A stretch of 64,000 nucleotides of DNA from Candidatus Yanofskybacteria bacterium (GCA_016181175.1 JACOZV010000001.1:259519-323518); one strand, 5' to 3'. Numbered from the stretch's first letter, positions 1 to 10,624 are shown. Made by a program: numbers and translations. The notes: a model not told the origin generated them from the letters alone.

Positions 1-241
1 TATTTCAAACAACAAAGAGATTTTTGAGATTCCGATTTTTTCAAAAAAAGTGATTGATACCGTTGGTGCCGGAGACGCGTACTATTCTTTGGTGGCGCCG
101 TGTGTTCGCGCCGGACTGCCGCTTGAGTTGTGCGGTTTCATTGGCAATGCCGCCGGAGCCATAGCCACAACATATCTGGGTAACAAGACCACCGTAAATT
201 CTAAAATGTTGCTTGGTTTTGTTGATACTCTTTTAGGATAA
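1..241 (+). CDS. PfkB-family carbohydrate kinase (RfaE/HldE-like), C-terminal fragment
   Basis: PfkB signature DTVGAGD followed by GNAAGA; the ORF is cut by the window start; heptose-type neighbours nearby. Confidence 0.8.
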   Translation, partial: ISNNKEIFEIPIFSKKVIDTVGAGDAYYSLVAPCVRAGLPLELCGFIGNAAGAIATTYLGNKTTVNSKMLLGFVDTLLG

Positions 242-245
242 TATA

Positions 246-276
246 AAAACCCGCTGTAAAACGGGTTCTTTTTTTT
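246..276. terminator. Bidirectional intrinsic terminator
   Basis: AACCCG/CGGGTT hairpin with A and T tracts between convergent genes. Confidence 0.6.
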
Positions 277-284
277 GGCTAGAC

Positions 285-872
285 TTATTCGTCCAAATAT
301 TTATGTATTTGGGTAAGACATACTTCCTGTGGTTGCGAAGTATCTACGGCTAAATGTTCAAGCGCTGGCTTTCCTCCGCATCTTGCGTATCTTGCTTTGA
401 ACATATAATAGTCTTCTGGCCGTATCGGAGCTGCTTGGGTATCTTTTAATCTTTCATCTGATCTTTTTTTGATTTCTAGTTCATTGTCGTTAGTAATTTG
501 GCACCATATTATTTTTAGTTTTACTGAATACGATTCAGCTATTTGCTTAAGACGATCTTCCATGGTACCGACATGCCATTTTTTGGTAAGTGACGGCATT
601 TCCACGATCAGCGGCACATTATGGCCCGCACTATTTTTAATCGTTTCAAAGAGTTTATCATATGCTTGGGCGGTTTTCTGGTTTTCTATCGCTTCTTTTT
701 CTTGATTAGTCCAATCTTTTGGTGCCGATAAAACCGGTCCGAATAGTTTTTTCCTTATTTTGTCTAGATTGATAAAAGGAATGCCTGTTTCTTGGGCTAT
801 TATTTTGGCGAGAGTTGTTTTACCCGAAAGCTGGACTCCGAGAAAAATGATTAGTTTTGTCTGCACTGTCAT
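285..872 (-). CDS. P-loop nucleotide kinase-like protein (AAA_33 type)
   Basis: N-terminal Walker A GVQLSGKTT, then LDKIRK; 195 aa kinase-like size. Confidence 0.7.
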   Translation of the reverse strand: MTVQTKLIIFLGVQLSGKTTLAKIIAQETGIPFINLDKIRKKLFGPVLSAPKDWTNQEKEAIENQKTAQAYDKLFETIKNSAGHNVPLIVEMPSLTKKWHVGTMEDRLKQIAESYSVKLKIIWCQITNDNELEIKKRSDERLKDTQAAPIRPEDYYMFKARYARCGGKPALEHLAVDTSQPQEVCLTQIHKYLDE

Positions 873-878
873 CTCCCG

Positions 879-2090
879 TCAGATAAAATTAACATTCTTA
901 GGTAAGGAATCCGGTTGGAACGTTTCTTGTACATTTTCCGGTCCTGATTGGCGTTTCGTTTCCAAATCCCAGAGGGCTTCATTTACAAAATGCATCCTGC
1001 AATTTTTGCGGCAGGCCGAAATGTCAAAGTTTTTCATAAATTCAATGTGCTGGCGACGGCGTTCTCCCCACCAAATTTCTTTGAAGGTCTTATCTGTAAT
1101 GTTGCCGAGGTCAAAATCCGGGTTGCTGTTGTGGGCGGCACAGCTGATTATCATACCGTCCGATTGTAGATATGCCCACGACATGGGTGTAGCCAGACAT
1201 TTTTCGTATTCCCGTTTCGGCTTTTCATAGCTTAGTATTGTATTCCACCTGAAAACAACTTTAAAATTTGCATCATTCAGTTTTTGCAGTTCACCATCCA
1301 TTTTTTCAAATTCCTTCAGGAAGCCGGTATATTTCATGTCCCCATATCTTTGCATGGTTCCCAAGCTATAGGGATTTTGGCCGTATGGTTTAATCACTAC
1401 ATGATCTAACCCTGTTTCTTTGGCTTTTTTTGCCAAGTCAATAGCTTCATGCCAGTTGGCCGGCACAACCGTGCCGTCTAAATCTAGCGTGTCATTTACC
1501 AGAAGCACTGTTTGACAGCCGATTTCGCACGAATATCCGAATTTTGTTCTCATTTCTACCGCTTTTCCGAGATTGCGCCAGATTGTATCCCAATGATTGG
1601 GTCCAGCTTTGTGTATTTTTGTGTAAGTCTCTTTTTTACCGGCGTTAACGCTGGCCTTAATCCAGCTTAGGTGCGGTAGGGCGGGGTCAAGAAATTTTTC
1701 AGTTAAACCGGTGGCGTTGGTAGTGAGAGCGCTTTCAATGCCGCATCTGGCAGTTTCTGCGATAACTTCGGCCAGGTCTTTGTAGAGTGTAGGTTCACCT
1801 TCGCCCGCGTGCATTAAGCTTCTTACGCCCAAACCATCAGGGTCTTGAGATCTCAACCATGCCAGTTCTCGGATAAACCCAATCAGCCTCTCTTTAGGAA
1901 TACTTCTGTCGGGATAGCCCATTACTTCCTTGGCGCAGAAGGTACAGCGATGATTACAAAGACCAATGGGGGATATTTCGATATAAATTGGTGGCGTTGA
2001 AAAAGGATTATCTAACCATCGTTTCAACCAAGCTGGGTGATATGAAATTTTTTGACTATCAAATTGGGTGTCAATTCGTGGAGTTTCCAT
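879..2090 (-). CDS. Radical SAM protein with SPASM/Twitch domain
   Basis: CNHRCTFC motif, GEGEP, C-terminal C..DG..CAAH..GNI..CRKNCR. Confidence 0.9.
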   Translation of the reverse strand: METPRIDTQFDSQKISYHPAWLKRWLDNPFSTPPIYIEISPIGLCNHRCTFCAKEVMGYPDRSIPKERLIGFIRELAWLRSQDPDGLGVRSLMHAGEGEPTLYKDLAEVIAETARCGIESALTTNATGLTEKFLDPALPHLSWIKASVNAGKKETYTKIHKAGPNHWDTIWRNLGKAVEMRTKFGYSCEIGCQTVLLVNDTLDLDGTVVPANWHEAIDLAKKAKETGLDHVVIKPYGQNPYSLGTMQRYGDMKYTGFLKEFEKMDGELQKLNDANFKVVFRWNTILSYEKPKREYEKCLATPMSWAYLQSDGMIISCAAHNSNPDFDLGNITDKTFKEIWWGERRRQHIEFMKNFDISACRKNCRMHFVNEALWDLETKRQSGPENVQETFQPDSLPKNVNFI

Positions 2091-2216
2091 TGTGTTTCCT
2101 GTATTTTTTGTGAAATAGCTTTTGTGAGTTTATAACAATCTTGACGTATTGGCAATATACCACTTTTGTGATATTGACTTAGACAAGTTCGTTGACAAAT
2201 AATTCAGGAAAATCAT

Positions 2217-2966
2217 ATGGCCGTTTCTGTGAGCGTGGTGATGCCCGCTCACAAAGAAGCGGGCAATTTAGAGGGTGCGGTCGGGTATGTCACCGACAAC
2301 ATGAATATTTTTATCCAAAACGGGAAAGTCGTGGACTGGGAAATTATAATTGTTGATTCTCTTGAACCGGATGGTTCAAGTGATGGCACGCCAGAGCTTG
2401 CCGATAAGTTGGCAAGGCAAAATCAGCATATACGCGTTATCCACAATCAGGCCTTCGTCAATTTAGGTTTTAAATATAAGCAGGGATTAGCCATGGCGCG
2501 ATTTGGTTACTTTATGATGGTGCCTGGTAAAAATACTTTGCACGGCGATTCTTTGAAAAACCTTTTCGGTTGCCTGGAACATGCTGATGTCGTCATTGGC
2601 TATCAAGCCGATATGAGCCGCCGGCCATTTGGACGACGCCTGATTTCCAAAACATTTACCGTGTTCATGAATTTAATTTTTGGTTTGCGCCTTCGTTATT
2701 ACAATGGCACGACGATTATCCCGACCCAAATACTACGCGAGCTTAATCCCGATGCCGACGACTTTGCTTACATGGCCGAAATTTTGGTGATGCTTTTGAA
2801 AAAATACCGTCTGTCCTATGCAGAAGCGCCATTTTATACCCGCGGCCGCCGTAAATACGGTCGAACCAATGCCACAAGAATTGATAATGTTATAAGCGTT
2901 GCCAAGACCGTGCTTAAACTCATAAAAAAAGTCTATTTTTCTGGCAGGATGGGTAGAAATGTTTAA
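2217..2966 (+). CDS. Glycosyltransferase family 2 (DPM1-like)
   Basis: VSVVMPAHKE, IIVD..SSDGT; paralog of 10625..11368. Confidence 0.85.
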   Translation: MAVSVSVVMPAHKEAGNLEGAVGYVTDNMNIFIQNGKVVDWEIIIVDSLEPDGSSDGTPELADKLARQNQHIRVIHNQAFVNLGFKYKQGLAMARFGYFMMVPGKNTLHGDSLKNLFGCLEHADVVIGYQADMSRRPFGRRLISKTFTVFMNLIFGLRLRYYNGTTIIPTQILRELNPDADDFAYMAEILVMLLKKYRLSYAEAPFYTRGRRKYGRTNATRIDNVISVAKTVLKLIKKVYFSGRMGRNV

Positions 2967-3495
2967 ATCAATGCTTCGTGAAGCGGTTGTGCGCTTGAAA
3001 CATTTTATTCCCTGGCTGTCGTATGAAGACAGATTCAGATTTTACGAGGTAGAAGCGGGCAAGTTATACCGTTCATCTCAACCCGCACCTGAAGCGTTGT
3101 CTTATTTCTTCAAAAAATATGGCATAAATTCCATTATTATTTTGTTAAAACATGCCGAGGATTGGGAATTTGATTGGGCTTTGTCTCACGATCTTGCCGT
3201 TTTGCAAATTCCCATATCAGGCCGCGCTCCTAGCGACGATGAAATAAACAAATTCATTGAATTTGTTTCCTGTAAGTCTAACCAGCCAGTTTTAATTCAC
3301 TGCGTTCATGGCAGGGATCGCACCGGCTGCCTCTGTTTTTTATACAGAGTTGAAGTGATGGGCTGGGATGCCAAAGATGCCTGGCGCGAGATGAAGAAGC
3401 TGGGCTATTGCAGTTTGCCATGGCACTTTCGAGAGCAAACGCAAATAAATATCACAAGGTGGTTGGAAAATAGATATAGAGTTCAGCTCAAATAG
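2959..3495 (+). CDS. Cys-based tyrosine/dual-specificity phosphatase
   Basis: LYRSSQP and catalytic HCVHGRDRTG (CX5R). Confidence 0.9.
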   Translation: MFKSMLREAVVRLKHFIPWLSYEDRFRFYEVEAGKLYRSSQPAPEALSYFFKKYGINSIIILLKHAEDWEFDWALSHDLAVLQIPISGRAPSDDEINKFIEFVSCKSNQPVLIHCVHGRDRTGCLCFLYRVEVMGWDAKDAWREMKKLGYCSLPWHFREQTQINITRWLENRYRVQLK

Positions 3496-3597
3496 TGCGC
3501 ATTGACGCACTTTTTTCTTGACAAAATACACGCTTGATTTGTTGCCCCGGCGTGTTATATTAGCACCAAATGTTATTTAATAATTTGAGGAGGGCCA

Positions 3598-5439
3598 ATG
3601 AAACTCTCGGATTACGTGATTCATTTTTTGGCCGATTTGGGCTTGAAACATGTTTTTGTGCTGACGGGCGGTTATGCCGTTAATCTGATTGACTCATTCC
3701 ACAAAGAACCGAGATTGAAACATATCTGTGTTAATCATGAACAGGTTGGGGCCATGGCGGCCGAGGCCTACTCTCGTTTTGCCGGTTTTGGCGCTATGAT
3801 CAGCACTAATGCGCCGGGGGCACTGAATCTGCTTAATGGCATAGATGGCGCGTGGAATGATTCTATTCCCTGTATTTTTATCTGTGGGCAGGTAGTTAGG
3901 GAGAGATGGAACCGCAGCAAAGACGTTACTTCACATGGCCGCGAGATTGTAGATATGGTTACCATTGCCGGTTCGGTTACCAAGTATGCCCAATATGTGG
4001 AAGACCCGGAGAATATAAAATATTATATGGAGACAGCCGTTTCTATTGCCAACGAAGGCAGACCGGGACCGGTGCTCCTTGAGATTCCTTTGGATGTGCA
4101 AAAAGCAAATGTTGAGCCGGAAAAACTGGTTGGTTTTAATCCGGATCCGGATGCGCATTTAAGATTGCAAAAAGTTGGACCGCAAAACCAAGACAAGATT
4201 TCCACTAAAATTACAGAAGCTCTGGCAATGATTAAAGAAGCCAAACGTCCAGTTGTTTTGCTGGGCGGCGGGTTAAGACTATCAGGCACAATTGAACAGG
4301 CGCGAATATTTATTGAATCTCTCGGCATTCCAACTGTTGCCACTTGGGCCGCTTTTGACAATATGCCGCATAACCATCCGCTTTATCTGGGCAATATTGG
4401 CAGTTACGGGAACAGGCGGGCTAATTTTACCGTTCAAAACGCAGATTTGGTTATTGCTCTTGGAGCGCGCTTAAATGTCAGACAAACCGGCGGCAGTCCG
4501 AACACATTCGCGCGAGACGCTAAAAAAATCATGGTTGATATTGATGAATTTGAGCTGGCAAGGGCGAGAGTCAAAGTTGACCTGCCAATCAAATGCGATT
4601 TGCGTGACTTCTTTGACCTTTTGTTCGGTCAAAACAAATATCTCCCAAAGCTTAATATTGACTGTTGGCGCAATCAAACAACGACTTACAAAATCTTATA
4701 CACGGAAGTTTTACCTGAATATTATAAGCAAAAAAATTCTGTTAACGTTTATGTTTTTTTAAAAACACTTTCTAATATGATAGATGCTTCTGTTCCGGCA
4801 GTTACGGACTGCGGCGGAAACCTTATCTGGACAATGCAGGCCTTTGAGGTAAAAGATGGCCAAAGAGTTTTTTCTAATATGGGTTTGTCGTCCATGGGCT
4901 ATTCGCTTGCCGCGAGCATCGGTGTTTGCCTTGCCAACGACAAAAAACCAACTGTTTGTATAATCGGAGACGGGGGATTCCAGGTTCACATACAAGAATT
5001 GGAAACTATTAAGCGGTTGGGGCTGCCGATTAAAGTTTTTGTTTTGAACAACCACAGCTACGGAATCATTAAGCAGACAATTGAGTCGTGGTTTGGTATT
5101 GCAAGCACGGAAGAGCTTGAAAAAAGATGTTTGGCTGTATCATCGCGCGACGGTTATAGTTGTCCTGATTTTTTAAAAGTTGCCCGGGCTTATGGCATTG
5201 CCAATCTTAGGATCGGTAGTCATGCCGAAATGGAATCAGGAATAAGAGAAGCTTTGGATTATAATGGTCCAATCGTTTGTGATGTGGTGCTGGATGAACA
5301 TCAAAAAATCACTCCGCGGCTGGAATTCGGCAATCCGCTTGAAGACCAGCATCCGCTGTTGCCAAGGGAAGAATTAAAAAAGGTTATGCTAATTGATGTT
5401 TTGAAAAATAATGAAGAAGAGTGGATGCAGGGGATATAA
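3598..5439 (+). CDS. Thiamine pyrophosphate-binding acetolactate-synthase-like enzyme
   Basis: HEQ..MAAEAYSR, GRPGPVLLEIPLDVQ, GDGG..NN TPP motif; located in a glycan cluster. Confidence 0.9.
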   Translation: MKLSDYVIHFLADLGLKHVFVLTGGYAVNLIDSFHKEPRLKHICVNHEQVGAMAAEAYSRFAGFGAMISTNAPGALNLLNGIDGAWNDSIPCIFICGQVVRERWNRSKDVTSHGREIVDMVTIAGSVTKYAQYVEDPENIKYYMETAVSIANEGRPGPVLLEIPLDVQKANVEPEKLVGFNPDPDAHLRLQKVGPQNQDKISTKITEALAMIKEAKRPVVLLGGGLRLSGTIEQARIFIESLGIPTVATWAAFDNMPHNHPLYLGNIGSYGNRRANFTVQNADLVIALGARLNVRQTGGSPNTFARDAKKIMVDIDEFELARARVKVDLPIKCDLRDFFDLLFGQNKYLPKLNIDCWRNQTTTYKILYTEVLPEYYKQKNSVNVYVFLKTLSNMIDASVPAVTDCGGNLIWTMQAFEVKDGQRVFSNMGLSSMGYSLAASIGVCLANDKKPTVCIIGDGGFQVHIQELETIKRLGLPIKVFVLNNHSYGIIKQTIESWFGIASTEELEKRCLAVSSRDGYSCPDFLKVARAYGIANLRIGSHAEMESGIREALDYNGPIVCDVVLDEHQKITPRLEFGNPLEDQHPLLPREELKKVMLIDVLKNNEEEWMQGI

Positions 5440-5516
5440 ATACTTTAGACGCCTCACAATAGTGAGGCTTTTTATTTTTTTAAAATATAATACTATTCCA
5501 TTAAAAACCCCCGCTC

Positions 5517-5665
5517 GCCATAGAACCTTTTGGGAATTTCGAAAACCTCCAGCGAGGTTTTCTCATCTTTTGTGATTGCCGCCATTTGTCAAGACACTCA
5601 CTTCGTTCGGTCATTGACAAAACCGTGCTGGCGGCAACCCCAGAAGTCCCAAAAGGCACTATGGC
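5517..5665. repeat. Structured palindromic element, family E (divergent copy E1)
   Basis: Outer stem GCCATAG..CCTTTTGGGA/TCCCAAAAGG..CTATGGC, side hairpin GAAAACCT-CCAGCG-AGGTTTTC, inner stems, ACCGTGC bulge. Confidence 0.7.
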
Positions 5666-5831
5666 TCGCTAAATTTTTGAAATAATAGATATCGCTAGAG
5701 ATCCTTTCGTGATTTCTTAAAAGTGTCTTTGGTATCGGCTTGGGGTTTGTAATTTTTGCACCCTTGACACATCGCAAATTCATATGCTAACCTATTACAA
5801 TATTAGTAACTTTAAAAATCGGGGGTTTTAA

Positions 5832-6331
5832 ATGTTAGAGCAAGCAGCCGAAGGTAACTTACTAATTGAAAGAAAGCCAATTGAGGTCTTGCTTTCAAAA
5901 ATAGAGAAATTAAAAAAGAGCAAAGAAAAAGAAGTAGCCGATTCGCTAAAAGCAGTAAAGAGAAGATTTCTCATGTGTATTTTTTGGTATACAGGTAAGG
6001 AGTATTCTTTAGATTACTTATGTATGGAATATTCTTCTGGTCTTTCGCGCCAAGAAATAATAATACAAGAAGTAATAATAGATGTACTTAGAAAATTTTC
6101 AGATCAAGAACTAGTAACTTTAGCGACCCATCTAATCCAGGAATCCGTCAAAAGGACGGATTACATTAAAAAAACCGGAAAAAGGTGTTGGTATTGTCGT
6201 TATTTACGCTAGGAATATATTGGTGCTACCTTACTCGGAATTTTGTTTATAGTTTTGGTTTAATAATTAGCAATTTGGACAAATTCAATGTTACTCCCCT
6301 CCAAGTACTAGAGGAATTTCTAAACGAGTAG
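5832..6331 (+). pseudogene. Hypothetical membrane protein, probably frameshifted at an A7 run (6168-6174)
   Basis: ORF 5832..6212; adding one A continues into a hydrophobic segment RKKVLVLSLFTLGIYW ending at TAG 6329-6331. Confidence 0.45.
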
Positions 6332-6420
6332 CGTAAAAAACTAGAGTGAGATAGAGTTGTAACAGTGTCTTGACTTGAAAAGAAAAATTATTTACCGCCA
6401 TTGCTGGCGGTTTTGTTTTT

Positions 6421-6804
6421 TCAAAACAAATACAAAAATAAAATTGCGCCGGTGAAGTTTAATGCAAGGTCAAATAAACCATCCTTCCATTCGTAATTCA
6501 CGCTTTTAAGTCTGAATTTACTTTTTATGTATCTTGAAAGCGTCGGAGCAGACGCAATCAAAAACTCCGCCGATTCCCACAAAATGCTGATGATACCAAG
6601 ACTTATTAAAATCAAACTGACGGAGCTGAAAAAACTTGAGAAAAACATAGCTACAAAAAACCCGCCCAAAAAATGCAATGTCTGGAAAAACCAGTAATGC
6701 CGAACACCAAAACCGTAGTACATTCCCACAACCAAATTGAGAACAAAAATACCCAATAGTATGGCAACCGATGCCATCATCGTGGCAAGATTTATGTTTT
6801 CCAT
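6421..6804 (-). CDS. Hypothetical 4-TM membrane protein
   Basis: Hydrophobic helices, HFLGG..WE..E..D pattern; likely start MENINL. Confidence 0.65.
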   Translation of the reverse strand: MENINLATMMASVAILLGIFVLNLVVGMYYGFGVRHYWFFQTLHFLGGFFVAMFFSSFFSSVSLILISLGIISILWESAEFLIASAPTLSRYIKSKFRLKSVNYEWKDGLFDLALNFTGAILFLYLF

Positions 6805-6891
6805 ATTTTTATTATACAAGAATACGAGCTTTCTCAAAAATTACAAACCAAGCTCACCCTCTGATTTTCTTACAACGTCATGCCTTTCTGC

Positions 6892-7010
6892 AAATTTTCC
6901 TCACCGTGCTATTGTTCCTGGCAATTTGCGGTTATCCATTCCCCCTTCGTCTTCTGACTCCGGGGCCCGCAAATTGCCAGCGGAACAATAAACGCCCGGT
7001 TCGTTAATTT
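6892..7010. repeat. Long imperfect palindrome
   Basis: TATTGTTCC..TGGCAATTTGCGG paired with CCGCAAATTGCCA..GGAACAATA. Confidence 0.55.
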
Positions 7011-7128
7011 ACTAGTCGGCAGACGAATGACGAAAATCAAGAGGTTTCGCTTGCCTTTGGTTTGTAATTTTTTAGCGAACCATTGTGCCTTTTGTGATTT
7101 TTGTGGATAGCAAAATGGAAAAGCGAGG

Positions 7129-7330
7129 CCATTATGCCTCATAGCACCGTCAAAAGAGTGGATTGTCCCGATTCTGCTTTGCAGAATCGAGGATCCTCGA
7201 TTTTCATGAATGAAAATCGGGACATGGTTTGCGAGCAGTATAATATTTCCTCACTGCGAGCAAAATCCACGCTTTTGACGGAATGTAGAATTCTCGCTGG
7301 GAATTCAAATGGTGATAGGAGGTATAATGG
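7129..7330 (-). repeat. Family E element (E2) with a nested family F insertion (7166-7222)
   Basis: Near-identical reverse complement of 28025-28167 plus a 57-bp two-hairpin insert; enclosed by a further E1-like inverted repeat (about 7075-7094 / 7354-7373). Confidence 0.85.
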
Positions 7331-7462
7331 CGAGCTAGTTTTTGAAATTACCAAAAGGCACTATGGCGAGCTGGTTTTTGAATTTGATAAAAATAGTGAT
7401 TCGTGCTATTTTCAATAACAAGTTTTTTAAAAATTAAATTATAGCCGGAGAGGAGGTGGAAT

Positions 7463-9124
7463 ATGGCCGACAAAATTCTTTTTGTTGTAAATAACGTTGA
7501 TTACATTGACCCGATGGGAGTGATGCTAATGTCGGCCTTGGCCAAACGGGAGGGATTCGCGACATTTCTAACCGTTTTAAGTCAGGACGACTTGGGCGAG
7601 GAATTGAAGCGTATTAAACCGGATATAGTCGCGCATTGCAGTGTCAAAACCGGCGAACAACAGTTTTTTCTAAAAGCCAACGACAAAATAAAGGATTATT
7701 CAAAAAGCATCGTTACGATAATGGGCGGTCCTCACCCGACCTTCAACCCTGACATTATTGAAGAAAGCCTAATTGATGCCGTTGGTATGGGCGAATGCGA
7801 TGTTGCCTGGCCCAAACTCCTTAAGGCGTTACGGGACAGAGAAGACACAAGCAACATACCAAATATCTTTACCAGAGATTCCTGGCTTTCTAAATGGAAA
7901 AATGAAACTGAAGCAAATCGTAATCGTTTTAGACACAAATTGACCCACCCTTTGGATGGCCTGCCTTTTTATGACAGAGAGATTGTTTACAGTAAAACTC
8001 ATCTTGGCAAATTTCCAATGCGCTGTTTTATGAGTTCCTGGGGCTGTCCGTTTGAATGCACCTATTGTTTTGAGCCAAAAACGAATGCCCAACAGCGCGG
8101 TCTGGGTCCGATATATAGGAGATACTCTCCAAGACGATTATGCGCCGAACTTAAAGAATTAAAAAATAGATATTCCACCCAGTTCATTAAGTTTTATGAT
8201 GATATGTTCGTTTTGAGCCGGAGCGTTGATCCTTGGCTTGCCGAATTTGCCGAAATTTACCCTCAAGAAGTCGGCTTGCCGTTTTTCTGCTTAACGCGAT
8301 GTAATGTTTTGACCAGAGAGAATCTTACCGTCCTCAAGAAGGCCGGCCTTCATTCAATAACAATGTCCATTGAGTCAGGTAATGATTATATCAGAGAAAA
8401 AGTTATAAAACGCCATATGACTCGGCCTGAAATTGAAGAGGCCTTTGCGCTTTGCAATGAAATGGGCGTAAAAACTTTTGCTAATTCAATTTTGGCTATT
8501 CCGGTAAAAAAGGAAATAATGGCCGAACAAGATAAAACCCCGATTGATTACGATTTTGATTCCCTGGAATTGAATCTCAAATCAAGAGTTACTTTTGGAG
8601 AATTTTCGCCGGTATATCCCTACCCAGGCTGTGAGCTTTCAGAATATGTAGTGGAAAACGGCTGGTTTGACTATACTGACTTTGGAAAACTTCACGCGAG
8701 TTATCAAAACGAGAGTCCGTTAAATTGTTTTACCCCACTGGAAAAAAGAATGCAAAGCAACATGTCGTTGCTGGGAACGGTATTTCTCGCTTTCCCGTTC
8801 TTATATTCCAGGAAATTTGCCGAATTTCTGTTCAAACTGCCGCTGGCAAAACTTTATTTTATTTTATACTTTTTCGTTAAGGGTTATCTAAATGTTTTCA
8901 AAATATATCCGATGAAATTTTCAGTTGTTAGCCTTTTGTTAAATATCCGCAGAAGCATAGCGTTAGAGTACAAGAAACATGCTCCCGGCGAGCGTATTTA
9001 TGAATCCAAGAGGACCATGTCTCAAGCGACTACGCCCATGCTTGGCGGTTTGCCGCAAGGCGGACTGATACCTCCACCGCCAAAGCCAAAAAAGAAAGAC
9101 GACATTTTTAAGATAATTGATTAA
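7463..9124 (+). CDS. Cobalamin-binding (class B) radical SAM protein
   Basis: N-terminal B12-binding region (GGPHPT, GECD), WGCPFECTYC, IESG; strong GGAGG RBS. Confidence 0.9.
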   Translation: MADKILFVVNNVDYIDPMGVMLMSALAKREGFATFLTVLSQDDLGEELKRIKPDIVAHCSVKTGEQQFFLKANDKIKDYSKSIVTIMGGPHPTFNPDIIEESLIDAVGMGECDVAWPKLLKALRDREDTSNIPNIFTRDSWLSKWKNETEANRNRFRHKLTHPLDGLPFYDREIVYSKTHLGKFPMRCFMSSWGCPFECTYCFEPKTNAQQRGLGPIYRRYSPRRLCAELKELKNRYSTQFIKFYDDMFVLSRSVDPWLAEFAEIYPQEVGLPFFCLTRCNVLTRENLTVLKKAGLHSITMSIESGNDYIREKVIKRHMTRPEIEEAFALCNEMGVKTFANSILAIPVKKEIMAEQDKTPIDYDFDSLELNLKSRVTFGEFSPVYPYPGCELSEYVVENGWFDYTDFGKLHASYQNESPLNCFTPLEKRMQSNMSLLGTVFLAFPFLYSRKFAEFLFKLPLAKLYFILYFFVKGYLNVFKIYPMKFSVVSLLLNIRRSIALEYKKHAPGERIYESKRTMSQATTPMLGGLPQGGLIPPPPKPKKKDDIFKIID

Positions 9125-9166
9125 ACAAAGACCCAGATCGGGTCTTTTAATTTAGCAAGGGGGTTG

Positions 9167-9471
9167 ACCCCGCACCTTTTCAGCACAATAATCACAGCAT
9201 GCACTGGTTATACATAATTAAAAGTAAGGAAAATGGAGAATTATATATCGGCAGCACAGGAAATTTAGTGAAAAGACTGGCCGAACATAATACTGGCAAA
9301 TCTAGAGCTACGACCAGATATAAACCATGGTTTTTTGTTTATATTGAAGGCTATTTTTCTAAGGATGATGCCTTGCATCGCGAACGGAATCTGAAATACT
9401 TTGGCAAAGTCTATGCCCAATTAAAAAGACGTATTAAAAATAGCCTTCAGGGTGCTGAAAAGGTGCGGGGT
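9167..9471 (+). mobile_element. Family B element carrying a GIY-YIG nuclease (20-bp perfect terminal inverted repeats, TG duplication)
   Basis: ACCCCGCACCTTTTCAGCAC (9167-9186) and its reverse complement (9452-9471); TG on both flanks. Confidence 0.8.
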
Positions 9472-9474
9472 TGA
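9199..9474 (+). CDS. Minimal GIY-YIG endonuclease
   Basis: LYIIKS..LYIGST..KRLAEHN..RERNLK; the C-terminus is encoded by the right inverted repeat. Confidence 0.9.
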   Translation: MHWLYIIKSKENGELYIGSTGNLVKRLAEHNTGKSRATTRYKPWFFVYIEGYFSKDDALHRERNLKYFGKVYAQLKRRIKNSLQGAEKVRG

Positions 9475-9548
9475 CTTTGTATTCCATTTTGATTTACTGG
9501 TTATAAATATCAAGGTTCTTTTAAATAAAATAAAAAAGGAGACAAATT

Positions 9549-10472
9549 GTGTCTGACGAAAAAAATGCCATTCCTCTCCAATCGAAAATCAAGCGGGTGA
9601 CCATTAAAACCTTGCATGACATGAAGAAAAAAAGACCGGAGCCGGAAATTATTTGTGCTTTGAGCATCTATGATTCTTTACATGCCCGGCTATTTGACAG
9701 GGCTGGCGGAGATATGATTATTGTCGGCGATTCTGTAGGTATGACTTTGCAGGGTAGAGCTAACACCCTGCCGGTAACAATGGATGAAATGGTTATGTTT
9801 ACCCAAGCTGTAAGAAGGGGCACGGATAGATTATTTGTTGTTGGTGATATGCCCTTGGGTTCGTATGAGGTTTCAAACGAAGAAGCGGTGCGTAATGCTT
9901 TGCGCTTTGTCAAAGAAGCGGGTTGTAACGCAGTGAAGGTGGAAACCAATCTTGATTACATTGACCGCATCAGAGTTATTGCCAGCGCCTGTTTGGTGGT
10001 GGCGCATATCGGTTTAAATCCCAACAAAGCCGAGATGCTTGGAGGTTACAGGACGCAAGGTAAGACAAGAGAAAGCTTTTTGGAATTAAGCAAGGTAATT
10101 GTTGAAGCTGAAAAAGCGGGTGCCTGTATAATTTTAATAGAATCGGTTACGGAAGAAATAGCCGAAATGCTAAAGTCCAAAGTTAATATTCCAGTATTTG
10201 GCATTGCCGCCGGTCGCAAGCTTGATGGCCAGCTTGTCATCAGTTCTGATTTACTTGGATTTTTCGAATGGCCGGGCAACCCCCCGATTCACTTTGAAAA
10301 ATATCTTACAGAAAGACAGGGCATTACGATCGGTGATGTTACCCTGGATGCTTTTCGCTGGTATGTCAAAGCCGTAAAGGAAAAAAGATTTCCAAGCGAC
10401 AAACATGTCCATCACATTTCAGCCGACGAGTTAAGTCAAGTGTTACAAACCAATAACAATTCATCAGCCTAA
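9549..10472 (+). CDS. panB: 3-methyl-2-oxobutanoate hydroxymethyltransferase
   Basis: YDS..A, IVGDSVGM, DMPLGSY, AVKVE, AHIGLNP, DGQLV motifs. Confidence 0.9.
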   Translation: MSDEKNAIPLQSKIKRVTIKTLHDMKKKRPEPEIICALSIYDSLHARLFDRAGGDMIIVGDSVGMTLQGRANTLPVTMDEMVMFTQAVRRGTDRLFVVGDMPLGSYEVSNEEAVRNALRFVKEAGCNAVKVETNLDYIDRIRVIASACLVVAHIGLNPNKAEMLGGYRTQGKTRESFLELSKVIVEAEKAGACIILIESVTEEIAEMLKSKVNIPVFGIAAGRKLDGQLVISSDLLGFFEWPGNPPIHFEKYLTERQGITIGDVTLDAFRWYVKAVKEKRFPSDKHVHHISADELSQVLQTNNNSSA

Positions 10473-10624
10473 GACCGTCTTAACGGTCTTTATTTTTAGC
10501 CGTGCGATTGATTTTCAGAGAATATTGTGTTATTCAATATGCAGAAAACGAGAACTTTAAAAACGTTATCATCTACCACAAGAAGGGGGATTATGCTATT
10601 TATTAGAATGAAACACAAACAGCG

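Noticed and set aside
6737-7418. Short ORFs such as 7101..7418, 7139..7354 and 6909..7142
   Set aside because: They are translations of palindromic repeats, with no RBS or protein motifs.
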